From assembly GCA_022833215.1 (NCBI GenBank), contig JAIPUZ010000106.1:7515-71514 (forward strand): DNA of 64,000 nucleotides, given 5' to 3'. The DNA is from Mesorhizobium sp. GTDB taxonomy: Bacteria > Pseudomonadota > Alphaproteobacteria > Rhizobiales > Rhizobiaceae. Of the stretch, positions 19,164-27,965 are shown one piece after another (positions within the stretch are counted from its first letter, which is position 1; each line of letters begins with the position of its first letter). The position numbers were made by a program, and so were the translations under genes. The notes below the pieces were generated by a model that worked only from the letters and a program-made list of their open reading frames with translations, was not told where the DNA came from and ran no database searches.

Positions 19164-19178
19164 GTTCCTGTTATGTTC
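19164..19178. promoter_or_regulatory. LexA box (alphaproteobacterial GTTC-N7-GTTC)
   Basis: GTTC-CTGTTAT-GTTC, exact consensus, 13 bp upstream of imuA. Confidence 0.92.
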
Positions 19179-19314
19179 CTATGGATTCCAGAGCTGCCGG
19201 TCAGAGTCAAGCATGCATTGAGAAGAATTTATTCCTCTCGAAGTCCTCCGCGCGCATCAGCGTTTGCCCAGCCGGGCGCAAAAGCCTATATGCCGCGGGA
19301 AAGAAGGACGAAGC

Positions 19315-19737
19315 ATGGCCCGCATCTACAAGACCCGCACCTGGCATGGAGAGCTCTCCCCCTCGCTGGAGGAACTGGAGATGCTGGCGCTGGAAGCCTA
19401 CGCGCATCTGCCGGACGAATTTCGCACGCTGACCGGCGAGATCATCATTCAGGTGGCGGAATTCCCCACCGACGAGATCATGGACGACCTCGCCCTCGAA
19501 ACGCCTTTCGACCTGCTCGGCCTGTTCGAGGGGCGGGGCATCGCCGAGCGCTGGAACCCGGCCACGGGCGAGGGTCCGAACCGCGTCACCCTCTACCGCC
19601 GCGCCATCCTCGATTACTGGGCCGAAAACGAGGAAACGCTGAGCGACATCGTCACCCATGTGCTGATCCACGAGATCGGCCATCATTTCGGGCTTTCCGA
19701 CGACGACATGGAGCGCATCGAGACGTCAGCGGAATAG
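19315..19737 (+). CDS. Zincin-like metallopeptidase (DUF1025)
   Basis: DLLGLFEG, VTLYRRAILDYW and the HEIGHHFG zinc motif. Confidence 0.88.
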   Translation: MARIYKTRTWHGELSPSLEELEMLALEAYAHLPDEFRTLTGEIIIQVAEFPTDEIMDDLALETPFDLLGLFEGRGIAERWNPATGEGPNRVTLYRRAILDYWAENEETLSDIVTHVLIHEIGHHFGLSDDDMERIETSAE

Positions 19738-19753
19738 GGCGGGAAGGGGCTCC

Positions 19754-19996
19754 CTACCAGTCGCCGAGCTTCGTCTCGCCCGGCACGTATTCCTGTCCCT
19801 CGACATCCTTCACCACCGCCTGCCCGCAGCGCATGACCTTCTCCTTCTTGTCATAGGCATAGGTGGGTGAGCCGTAGAGGTGCCAGCCCTTGTTCAGCGC
19901 CGCCGTCACCTTGTGGCAGAATGTGGCGTCGTCGACGGCGGTGAGGAAGCGATAGAGGCGCATCTGGTCCATTCCTGTGGGAGCGGGCACCATCAT
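19754..19996 (-). CDS. DUF1737 domain-containing protein
   Basis: YRFLTAVDDATFCHKVTAALNKGWHLYGSPTYAY..CGQAVVKDV. ATGA overlap with the upstream lyase (alternative starts 19972 or 19963). Confidence 0.82.
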   Translation of the reverse strand: MMVPAPTGMDQMRLYRFLTAVDDATFCHKVTAALNKGWHLYGSPTYAYDKKEKVMRCGQAVVKDVEGQEYVPGETKLGDW

Positions 19997-20871
19997 GCCT
20001 CTATGACGGCCGCTTTCGCCAGCAGTTTTTCAGCCTGCGCCAGATGCAGGCGCTCGACCATGCGCCCGCCGAGGCCGATCACGCCCTTGTCCCGGTTCTC
20101 CGCAAGAGCGAAAGCATCGACGATGGTCCGCGCTTGCGCAAGCGCCTCTTCGGAAGGCGAAAAGGCGGCATTGGCAATCTCGATCTGGGCCGGGTGGATC
20201 AGCGTCTTGCCGTCGAAGCCCATATTGGCCGCCTCCGCGCATTCACGCGAAAATCCTTCCGCATCGCGAAAATCGTTGTAGACGCCGTCGATGAGATCGA
20301 GCCCGCCGGCGCGCGCCGCCAGCACCATCTGCATCAGCCAGGGCAGGAAATAGCGCCGGTCCGGGGTCAGCAATGCGCCGGTCTCCTTGGCGAGATCGTT
20401 CGTGCCGGCCACGAAACAGGCAAGGCGCGAGGCAGGGTCGCGGCCAAGCTCGGCGATCGCGGCGCTGTTCATGAGGCCCCTCGGCGTCTCGATCATCGCC
20501 CACAGGGTGATGGCGGCATCCTCGTCGGCCTCGTCCAGCAGATCGCCAGCTTCCAGAACGTCGCGCGCCGTATCCACCTTGGGCAGCAGGATGGCGTCGG
20601 GCTTGCAGGCAATCGCCGCGGCAAGGTCGTCCGCGCCCCATTCGCCCGACAGCGCATTGATGCGCACCACCATCTCGGTCCGCTGCGGGCGGGCTGCGAA
20701 GATCGTGGCAAGCTTCTGCCGCGCCGCGACCTTTTCGGATGGCGCAACCGAATCCTCCAGGTCGATGACGACCGCATCGCAGGACAACTGCCCGATCTTC
20801 GCCAGCGCCTTGTCGTTGACGGCAGGCACGTAAAGAACGGAGCGGCGGGGGCGGATTTGCGTTTCGGTCAT
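19993..20871 (-). CDS. CoA-ester lyase (CitE/HpcH-HpaI family)
   Basis: RPRRSVLYVPA, DLEDSVAP, MIETPRG, GTNDL, GFDGKTLIHPAQI and GRMVERLH. Confidence 0.92.
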   Translation of the reverse strand: MTETQIRPRRSVLYVPAVNDKALAKIGQLSCDAVVIDLEDSVAPSEKVAARQKLATIFAARPQRTEMVVRINALSGEWGADDLAAAIACKPDAILLPKVDTARDVLEAGDLLDEADEDAAITLWAMIETPRGLMNSAAIAELGRDPASRLACFVAGTNDLAKETGALLTPDRRYFLPWLMQMVLAARAGGLDLIDGVYNDFRDAEGFSRECAEAANMGFDGKTLIHPAQIEIANAAFSPSEEALAQARTIVDAFALAENRDKGVIGLGGRMVERLHLAQAEKLLAKAAVIEA

Positions 20872-20968
20872 CTGGTCTTCTTGCCCGGCTGCGCTGGCCC
20901 TTGCAAGGGCTTGCCGCCAGATGGCCAAAGCTGCATTGATCGGCACTGGCAAAATCGGGAATCGCATC

Positions 20969-22138
20969 ATGGCGAAATACGACATCGTCATCATCGGCGG
21001 CGCGATCATGGGCGCTTCGCTCGCCTATTATCTCCGCAAGGAAGGCTTTAGGGGCTCCCTCGCCCTGATCGAGCGCGATCCGCAATTCACCCATTCCGCC
21101 ACGACGCTGTCGGCGGCCTCGATCCGCCAGCAATTCTCGATCGCCGAGAACATCCGCCTGTCGCGCTTCACGCTCGACCTGTTCCGCCGGCTGAGGGAGG
21201 AGTTCGGCGACGAGGCAGACATCGGCTTCCGCGAAGGCGGCTACCTGATCCTCGCCCCGGAGGAGGGGCTTCCCGTCCTGCGGGCCAACCATGCGGTGCA
21301 ACTGGCCGAAGGCGCAGACATCGTTCTTGAAGATGCCGCGGCTCTGGTGAAGCGTTTTCCGTGGCTGTCGGGCGAGGGGATCGCGGGCGGCGCTTATGGC
21401 GTCAGCGGCGAGGGCTGGTTCGATGCGCACGCCTATCTGCATCTCTTCCGCAAGGCGCTGCGCACCATGAAGGTCGATTTTGTCACCGCCTCGGTCACCG
21501 CCATGGAGCGGCAGGGCGACCGCATCGAATCGGTAGGGCTCGACAATGGCGACAGGCTGGAGGCAGGGCTTGTGGTCAACGCAGCCGGCCCGAATGCCGG
21601 CAAGGTGGCCGCACTTGCCGGCATCGAACTGCCGGTGGAACCGCGCAAGCGCAACGTCTTCGTGTTCGAGGCGCGCGAGCGCTATGCCGACATGCCGCTG
21701 CTGGTCGATCCCTCCGGCATCTATGTGCGCCCGGAAGGCTCGGTCTACATTACCGGCGGCGCCGAGGACGAGGGGGGCGAGCAGGCCGCCGATCCGACCG
21801 ATTTCGAGCCCGAATGGAGCCTGTTCGAAAACGAGATCTGGCCGGTTCTGGCCACCCGCATTCCGGCCTTCGAAGCCATCAGGATGACGCGCGCCTGGGT
21901 TGGCCATTACGACTACAACACGCTCGACCAGAACGCGGTGATCGGCCCGCATCCGCAAGTATCGAACTTCCTGTTCGCCAACGGCTTTTCCGGCCACGGA
22001 CTGCAACAGGCCCCCGCCGTCGGCAAGGCGCTGGCCGAGCTGATCGTGCACGGCGAATACCGCACGCTCGACTGCTCGGTGTTTTCCTACCGGCGCATCG
22101 TGGAAGGCCGGCCCTTCCGCGAGCTCAACGTGATCTGA
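20969..22138 (+). CDS. FAD-dependent oxidoreductase (DAO/FOXRED1-like)
   Basis: DIVIIGGAIMG FAD motif; WVGHYDYNTLDQNAVIG; NGFSGHGLQQAPAVG. Confidence 0.92.
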   Translation: MAKYDIVIIGGAIMGASLAYYLRKEGFRGSLALIERDPQFTHSATTLSAASIRQQFSIAENIRLSRFTLDLFRRLREEFGDEADIGFREGGYLILAPEEGLPVLRANHAVQLAEGADIVLEDAAALVKRFPWLSGEGIAGGAYGVSGEGWFDAHAYLHLFRKALRTMKVDFVTASVTAMERQGDRIESVGLDNGDRLEAGLVVNAAGPNAGKVAALAGIELPVEPRKRNVFVFEARERYADMPLLVDPSGIYVRPEGSVYITGGAEDEGGEQAADPTDFEPEWSLFENEIWPVLATRIPAFEAIRMTRAWVGHYDYNTLDQNAVIGPHPQVSNFLFANGFSGHGLQQAPAVGKALAELIVHGEYRTLDCSVFSYRRIVEGRPFRELNVI

Positions 22139-22153
22139 GCGGTTTTTGCTGCG

Positions 22154-23332
22154 CTACTCGTGCAGCACGAATTCGAGATAGAGATTGCGCTGCAGGAACG
22201 ACTGGTTGTCGTCCGACATCATGGAAACCATCGTGGCCCCGTCTGCGCGCCGCCACACATCGAGCGCTTCCATGTTGTCGATCTGCCAGGCCATGTCGGC
22301 CTGGAACAGCACCCGCCCGTCGACCAGCGCGCCCTTGCCGATGCTGTCGCCGGCAATGCGCCGCAACCGCATGCGAACGCCGCTCATGATGGTGTAGCTG
22401 CGCTCCAGCAGAAGCAGGTCGCCATCGGGCAGGAAAGCGCCGTCGGTGATGTCGAACCCGTCATGGCGGCGTACCGTGAAGATGCCCTTCCGCGGCCCGT
22501 CGGTCACGGCGGCAAAGATGTTGCCTTGCCCGTCGAGGCTCTTTTCGGTGATCGCCACCAGCGCGCCCCGCAGCGGACCGGAGGAAGGCGCGAAGGCAAG
22601 CGTCTCAAAGCCGCGATTCTGGCGCAGTTCATAGGCGGGAATCAGGAAATCGATGTTTCCTGTCGGCCCTTTCATGTCCTCCGGCTCCAGCCGGAACCGG
22701 CTGATGCGGTGCCGCCGCTCGAAGCCGACGATGGCCTCGCCATCGCGCACGGCGAGGCTCTCGGCATCCATCTCTCCCTTTTCGGGAAATATCCTGCCTG
22801 CCGCATCGACCATGGGCTGGAGGCGCACCTGTTCCAGCCCTGCCGGTTTTCCCGCCGCGTCGCGCGCGATGCTGGCGAACAGCCAGTAGCCGGTGTCGGT
22901 CACCGCCACGAGATCGCGGCCGGGCGAAAGGAAGCGCATCGCGGAAATGCCGCCGAAGGCGCGCGTGGGGGCAGACATCTCCAGCCCGCCAACGAACTCC
23001 AGCGGACCGAAGCGCGTCTCGTCACGGCCGATATGGAAGCCCGAAATCTGCCGCGAGGATACGCCGACGGACTGAACGGACGCCGGTTCGGCAAATGCGG
23101 GAACCGACAAGAGGACGGCGAGAGCAATTCCAGCAAAAGTGCGAAGCGGTTTTGCTGGAATTGCGTAAAAACAAAAGATTAGAGCATTTTGCAGCCAGAT
23201 GGAAACATCTGGCATCGCATAAATGCGGCCAAAACAAAGAGATAGAGCGTTTCTGCGATTCGGGGAAAAGCAGAAATGCTCAAGTGCGGGCAGAAGCCCG
23301 CGTAGCAGGCCCCTGAGCAGGCAGGAGGGCAC
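22154..23332 (-). CDS. Esterase-like activity of phytase family protein (exported), with in-frame repeat insertion in the signal peptide
   Basis: LEFVGGLEMS...FGGISA, DAESL, NRGFETLA, ITDGAFLPDGDLLLLER, DNMEAL and MSDDNQSFLQRN. The N-terminal aa 18-71 are repeat-derived. Confidence 0.85.
   Translation of the reverse strand: MPSCLLRGLLRGLLPALEHFCFSPNRRNALSLCFGRIYAMPDVSIWLQNALIFCFYAIPAKPLRTFAGIALAVLLSVPAFAEPASVQSVGVSSRQISGFHIGRDETRFGPLEFVGGLEMSAPTRAFGGISAMRFLSPGRDLVAVTDTGYWLFASIARDAAGKPAGLEQVRLQPMVDAAGRIFPEKGEMDAESLAVRDGEAIVGFERRHRISRFRLEPEDMKGPTGNIDFLIPAYELRQNRGFETLAFAPSSGPLRGALVAITEKSLDGQGNIFAAVTDGPRKGIFTVRRHDGFDITDGAFLPDGDLLLLERSYTIMSGVRMRLRRIAGDSIGKGALVDGRVLFQADMAWQIDNMEALDVWRRADGATMVSMMSDDNQSFLQRNLYLEFVLHE
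23120..23284. repeat. Composite palindromic element (half-element plus family A copy 2) inside a CDS
   Basis: Perfect 15-bp inverted repeat GCAATTCCAGCAAAA/TTTTGCTGGAATTGC (23124-23164), then TTAGAGCATTTTGCAGCCAGATGGAAACATCTGGCATCGCATAAATGCGG... matching 4301ff, ending in hairpin GAGCGTTTCTGC/GCAGAAATGCTC. Confidence 0.85.
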
Positions 23333-23352
23333 TGGCTAGGCCGGCGCGGGCA

Positions 23353-25248
23353 TCAGGACGCCCGCCGTAGTCCGCCGCCGCGGCCGTGTGTGCTTTCTTC
23401 CTCGAACAGGGAAGCGAGCTGCTCGGTCATGGCCCCGGCCAGTTCCTCCGCATCGACGATGGTGACGGCGCGGCGATAGTAACGGGTGACATCGTGGCCG
23501 ATGCCGATGGCCAGCAGCTCGACCGGCGAGCGCGTCTCGATCAGATCAATGACCGCGCGCAGATGCTTCTCCAGATAGTTGCCCGGATTGACCGACAGGG
23601 TTGAATCGTCCACCGGCGCGCCGTCCGAAATCATCATCAGGATCTTGCGCTGCTCGGGCCGGGCCATCAGCCGGTGATGCGCCCACAAGAGCGCCTCGCC
23701 GTCGATGTTCTCCTTGAGCAGGCCCTCGCGCATCATCAGGCCGAGATTGCGGCGCGCCCGCCGCCACGGCGCGTCGGCCGATTTGTAGACGATGTGGCGC
23801 AGATCGTTGAGGCGGCCGGGATTGGCCGGCTTGCCGTCCTTCAGCCATTTTTCGCGCGCCTGCCCGCCCTTCCACGCACGCGTGGTGAAGCCGAGGATTT
23901 CCACCGAAACGCCGCAGCGCTCCAGCGTGCGGGCGAGAATGTCGGCGCAGGTCGCCGCCACCGTGATCGGGCGGCCGCGCATCGAGCCCGAATTGTCGAG
24001 CACCAGCGTCACGACCGTGTCGCGAAATTTCGTGTCGCGTTCCTGCTTGAAGGAAAGCGGCTGCATGGGATCGATGACCACGCGCACGAGGCGGGCCGGA
24101 TCGAGATAGCCTTCCTCGAGATCAAAATCCCAGGAACGGTTCTGCTGCGCCATCAGGCGGCGCTGCAGGCGGTTGGCCAGCCGGCCGACCACGCCCTGAA
24201 GATTGGCGAGCTGCTTGTCGAGGAAGGCACGCAGCCGGTCGAGCTCCTCCTCTTCGCAAAGCTCCTCGGCGCCGACCGTCTCGTCGAACTGGGTCGTATA
24301 GACTTTGTAGTCCATGTCCTTCGCCAGATTGGCGAAGGGGTTGTCGCCGCGACGCGCCTCGCCGGGCGTTTCGGCGTCGGCATCGTCGTCGTCCGACAAA
24401 TCTTCCGACATGGCGTCGTCGGCATCCGCCTCGGCCTGCGACTGGTCGTCCTCGGACGCTGCGGCGTCCTCGGCCTGCGCATCTTCCGAGCCTGAATCCT
24501 CCTCGCCGCCGTCTTCGGAATCGTCGCCGCCCTGCGGTTCCTCTTCCTGATCGTCCTCGGCCTCTTGCGTCTCGTCGTCTTCCTCGAACTGCTCGGCCAT
24601 GTTCATGGAGGCGAGCATGTCACGCACCACGCGGCCGAACGCCTGCTGGTCCTGAAGCTTGTCGCCCAGTCCGTCGAGGTTGGCGCCGGCCTTGTCCTCT
24701 ATCCAGCCGCGCCACAGATCCACCAGCCGCTCCGCGCTCTTCGGCACCTTCCGCCCGGTCAGCCGCTCGCGCACCAGAAGGGCGACGGCTTCCTCAAGCG
24801 GCGCTTCCTCCCGATCGCGAACCTCGGCCAGGTTGGCTTTTGCGTATTTGTCTTCCAGCATCGCGCCGAGATTGCTGGCGACGCCCGCCATGGCGCGCGC
24901 GCCGATGGCTTCGACGCGGGCCTGCTCGACGGCGTCGTAGACGGCGCGGGCCTGCTTGCCTTCGGGAGCCAGCCGCGCATGCACGCGGTTGTCGTGACAG
25001 GCGCGGCGCAACGCCATGGAATCGCCGATGCCGCGCGTCACCGCGATGTCGGCGGCCGTCGGCTTCTTCGGCAGTTCGGGCAGGCGCGCCCGGTTGCCGG
25101 CCATGGCCGGCTTGTCCTTGGCGAAGGAAACCTCCATCTCCTTGTCGTTGGAGATGGCGCGTATGGCCACGGTCATGGCGCGCTTGAAACCGTCGGTTTC
25201 AGCGCCTGCCTTGAGCTTGTTTCTCGTATTGTCGCCGGGGCCTGCCAT
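23353..25248 (-). CDS. cobT: Cobaltochelatase subunit CobT (VWA domain)
   Basis: Acidic linker; [12 protein letters not shown]; [18 protein letters not shown]; [11 protein letters not shown]; [12 protein letters not shown]. Confidence 0.96.
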   Translation of the reverse strand: MAGPGDNTRNKLKAGAETDGFKRAMTVAIRAISNDKEMEVSFAKDKPAMAGNRARLPELPKKPTAADIAVTRGIGDSMALRRACHDNRVHARLAPEGKQARAVYDAVEQARVEAIGARAMAGVASNLGAMLEDKYAKANLAEVRDREEAPLEEAVALLVRERLTGRKVPKSAERLVDLWRGWIEDKAGANLDGLGDKLQDQQAFGRVVRDMLASMNMAEQFEEDDETQEAEDDQEEEPQGGDDSEDGGEEDSGSEDAQAEDAAASEDDQSQAEADADDAMSEDLSDDDDADAETPGEARRGDNPFANLAKDMDYKVYTTQFDETVGAEELCEEEELDRLRAFLDKQLANLQGVVGRLANRLQRRLMAQQNRSWDFDLEEGYLDPARLVRVVIDPMQPLSFKQERDTKFRDTVVTLVLDNSGSMRGRPITVAATCADILARTLERCGVSVEILGFTTRAWKGGQAREKWLKDGKPANPGRLNDLRHIVYKSADAPWRRARRNLGLMMREGLLKENIDGEALLWAHHRLMARPEQRKILMMISDGAPVDDSTLSVNPGNYLEKHLRAVIDLIETRSPVELLAIGIGHDVTRYYRRAVTIVDAEELAGAMTEQLASLFEEESTHGRGGGLRRAS

Positions 25249-25262
25249 GATCCTGTCGCCTG

Positions 25263-25610
25263 TCAGCGCGAGCGGCCGTCCACCTGATGCGGCTCAAGCG
25301 CATCGAGGTCGACGCCGTCGAGGCAGCGGACGTTCACCGCCACCATCTTCCTGCCATCCGGCATCGTGCCGCGCGCAAAGGATTCCATGCCGCACGCGCT
25401 ACAGAACAGATGCTCGATGGTCTTCGAATTGAACCGGTATTCGGTAAGATCGGCTTCGCCGCTTTCCAGCGAAAAAGCCCCGGCCGGCGTGAACGCAAGG
25501 ATGCTGCCCCGTTTGGCGCAATAGGAGCAATTGCAGGTGATGGGGCTAGACAGGTCGATCTCGACGCTGAACCGCACCTTCCCGCAATGACACCCGCCCT
25601 GATACCTCAC
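25263..25610 (-). CDS. GFA / CENP-V family Zn-binding protein
   Basis: [22 protein letters not shown] and AVNVRCLD. Confidence 0.92.
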   Translation of the reverse strand: MRYQGGCHCGKVRFSVEIDLSSPITCNCSYCAKRGSILAFTPAGAFSLESGEADLTEYRFNSKTIEHLFCSACGMESFARGTMPDGRKMVAVNVRCLDGVDLDALEPHQVDGRSR

Positions 25611-25626
25611 CCCGTCCTCCCGTTTC

Positions 25627-26613
25627 TTACCCCAGAACGACGTTGGCCGCGCTTTCGGGCAGGTCCTCGCCGAACACGCGCTGGTAGAACTCGGCCACCA
25701 CCGGGCGCTCCAGCTCGTCGCACTTGTTGAGGAAGGTCAGGCGGAAGGCCATGCCCACATCCTCGAAAATCTCGGCGTTCTCGGCCCAGGTGATGACCGT
25801 GCGCGGGCTCATCACCGTGGAAAGGTCGCCGTTGATGAAGGCAGAGCGCGTCATGTCGGCGACACGCACCATCTTGTTGACGATCTCGCGGCCCTTCTCG
25901 TCGCGGTAGTGCTTGGCCTTGGCGACGACGATGTTCACTTCGTTGTCGTGCGGCAGATAGTTCAGCGTCGTCACGATCGACCAGCGATCCATCTGCGCCT
26001 GGTTGATCTGCTGGGTGCCGTGATAGAGGCCGGTGGTGTCGCCGAGGCCGACCGTGTTGGCGGTGGCGAAGATTCGGAAGGCCGGGTGCGGACGGATGAC
26101 GCGGCTCTGGTCGAGCAGGGTCAGGCGGCCCGAAGCCTCCAGCACGCGCTGGATGACGAACATCACGTCCGGCCGGCCGGCATCATACTCGTCGAAGCAC
26201 AGCGCCACGTTGCGCTGGTAGGCCCAGGGCAAGATGCCGTCGCGGAATTCCGTCACCTGCTTGCCGTCCTGCAGCACGATGGCGTCCTTGCCGACCAGAT
26301 CGATACGGCTGACATGGCTGTCGAGGTTGACGCGCACGCACGGCCAGTTGAGACGCGCCGCGACCTGCTCGATATGGGTCGACTTGCCGGTGCCGTGATA
26401 GCCCGACACCATCACGCGGCGATTGTAGGCAAAGCCGGCGAGGATCGCGAGGGTGGTGTTCCTGTCGAACAGATAGTCGGGATCGATATCGGGCACATGC
26501 TCGCTCGGCGCCGCGTAGGCCGGCACGACCATCTTCGATTCGAATCCGAAAGTATCCTTCACCGAAACCGTGGTATCCGGCAGGTTGGCGATGTCTCGAT
26601 CGACCTTGTTCAT
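25627..26613 (-). CDS. cobS: Cobaltochelatase subunit CobS (MoxR-like AAA+)
   Basis: GYHGTGKST Walker A; [10 protein letters not shown] Walker B; AQMDRW; [10 protein letters not shown]. Confidence 0.96.
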   Translation of the reverse strand: MNKVDRDIANLPDTTVSVKDTFGFESKMVVPAYAAPSEHVPDIDPDYLFDRNTTLAILAGFAYNRRVMVSGYHGTGKSTHIEQVAARLNWPCVRVNLDSHVSRIDLVGKDAIVLQDGKQVTEFRDGILPWAYQRNVALCFDEYDAGRPDVMFVIQRVLEASGRLTLLDQSRVIRPHPAFRIFATANTVGLGDTTGLYHGTQQINQAQMDRWSIVTTLNYLPHDNEVNIVVAKAKHYRDEKGREIVNKMVRVADMTRSAFINGDLSTVMSPRTVITWAENAEIFEDVGMAFRLTFLNKCDELERPVVAEFYQRVFGEDLPESAANVVLG

Positions 26614-26687
26614 GATGTTTCCAACGTCTCCGCGGGCGAAGCAAAGACCATGCCTTCGCCGGTAATCATCGTGTATCCGGGGCGGTC

Positions 26688-26731
26688 TTAAAGCCTTTTC
26701 CAGCCGGATGAAAGTTGGAAAAGCGCTCTGG
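26688..26731. repeat. Probable solitary half-unit of the palindromic element family
   Basis: TTAAAGC-CTTTTCCAGC-CGGATGAAA-GTTGGAAAAG-CGCTCTGG has the same TA(A/G)AGC...GCTCT boundaries around a hairpin. It could equally be an ordinary terminator. Confidence 0.4.
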
Positions 26732-26743
26732 CCCTGTCACTTA

Positions 26744-27358
26744 TCAGCACAGGCCCGCCTGCTTGAGCACCCGATAGGCCTGCAGCACGTCGCGGAACCG
26801 CTCCTCCGAGCCCCGGTCGCCGCCATTGGCGTCAGGGTGATGGCGCTTGACCAGTTCCTTGTAGCGCGACTTGATTTCCTTGGCGGTCGCCTGCGGGGTC
26901 AGGCCCAGCGTCTCCAGCGCCTTGGTTTCCAGCGGGCGCGCCTTGCGCTGTCGCGGCGGCGTGTTCGGGTCGGTGCCGAAGATGTTGAACGGGTCGCGCA
27001 CGCGATTGTAGTAGCCGGCGCGGCCGGAACGCATCTGGGCGAAATCCGGCGCCGAGCGGGCGGAATTGTTGACGCCCATCTTCCAGGTAGGCCGGTGGCC
27101 GGTGAGCGCCTCCTTCTGGAAGCGGGCGACCTCGGAATCCGGAACGCCGGAGAAATAGTTGAAGCCCTTGTTGTACTCGCGCACATGGTCGAAGCAGAAG
27201 CGGAAATACTCGCCCTCGCGCATGCGGCCCACCGGCGCGCGATGGGTGCCCGGCTCGCGGCAGCCGTCCCACTGGCACAGCGGAGCCTCCGGCTTCGCGT
27301 CCGCGTCCTTGTCGCGGCGGATGCGAATTTTCTCGAAATATTTGGGATACGGTTTCAT
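26744..27358 (-). CDS. J-domain protein with N-terminal Cys/His motif
   Basis: C-terminal J domain (IKSRYKELVKRHHPDANGGD); N-terminal CQWDGC...HRAP...FCFDH. Confidence 0.92.
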   Translation of the reverse strand: MKPYPKYFEKIRIRRDKDADAKPEAPLCQWDGCREPGTHRAPVGRMREGEYFRFCFDHVREYNKGFNYFSGVPDSEVARFQKEALTGHRPTWKMGVNNSARSAPDFAQMRSGRAGYYNRVRDPFNIFGTDPNTPPRQRKARPLETKALETLGLTPQATAKEIKSRYKELVKRHHPDANGGDRGSEERFRDVLQAYRVLKQAGLC

Positions 27359-27534
27359 CTGACCGTTCTATGGCCCCTTCGCTGCCGCGAAACAAGAATT
27401 GACATTTGCGCTTTCCATGTCCCTAACCCGTCGATAGCGGGGATCATGCGCGATTTTTTGCGCATTCCGTGGCGATGATGCCTGTATCGGGGGACCATGC
27501 AACAGCGGCAGGGCCCATATGGTGAGGAGCCTGA

Positions 27535-27840
27535 TTGATGTCCAGACATGAGCGGATCGAGAAGAAGCTGACCGGGATTTTCGCGCCGGAAAGGCTCGTC
27601 GTCATCAACGAGAGCCATCTTCACGCCGGGCACCATCATCACGATTCCGAACATCACGCCACGTTCGACGGCACCGGCGAGACGCATTTTCGGGTGCGCA
27701 TCGTCTCCCCTGCCTTTGCCGGCATGAGCCGCATCGAGCGCCACCGGGCCGTCAACGACGCGCTGGCCGACGAGATCGCCGGCGGCCTCCATGCGCTGGC
27801 CGTCGAGCCGGCTGCCCCCGGCGAGAAAACACGCTGGTAG
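27535..27840 (+). CDS. bolA: BolA family protein
   Basis: INESHLHAGH, GETHFRVRIVSPAFAGMSRIERHRAV and GLHAL. Confidence 0.93.
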   Translation: MMSRHERIEKKLTGIFAPERLVVINESHLHAGHHHHDSEHHATFDGTGETHFRVRIVSPAFAGMSRIERHRAVNDALADEIAGGLHALAVEPAAPGEKTRW

Positions 27841-27851
27841 CTGCGCGACAA

Positions 27852-27956
27852 CCAGAGCGTTTTGCAGCCAGACGGAATCGTCTGACGTCGAATAAATACG
27901 GCAGAAACAAGCAGATAGACCGGCATCCCGGAATATCCGGGCAGCCGCCGCTCCAG
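27852..27956. repeat. Palindromic mosaic element, family A copy 3
   Basis: CCAGAGCGTTTTGCAGCCAGACGGAATCGTCTGACGTCGAATAAATACGG matches 4301ff. The right half carries a different hairpin (CCCGGA-ATA-TCCGGG) and ends CGCTCCAG. Confidence 0.82.
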
Positions 27957-27965
27957 CACCCGCGC

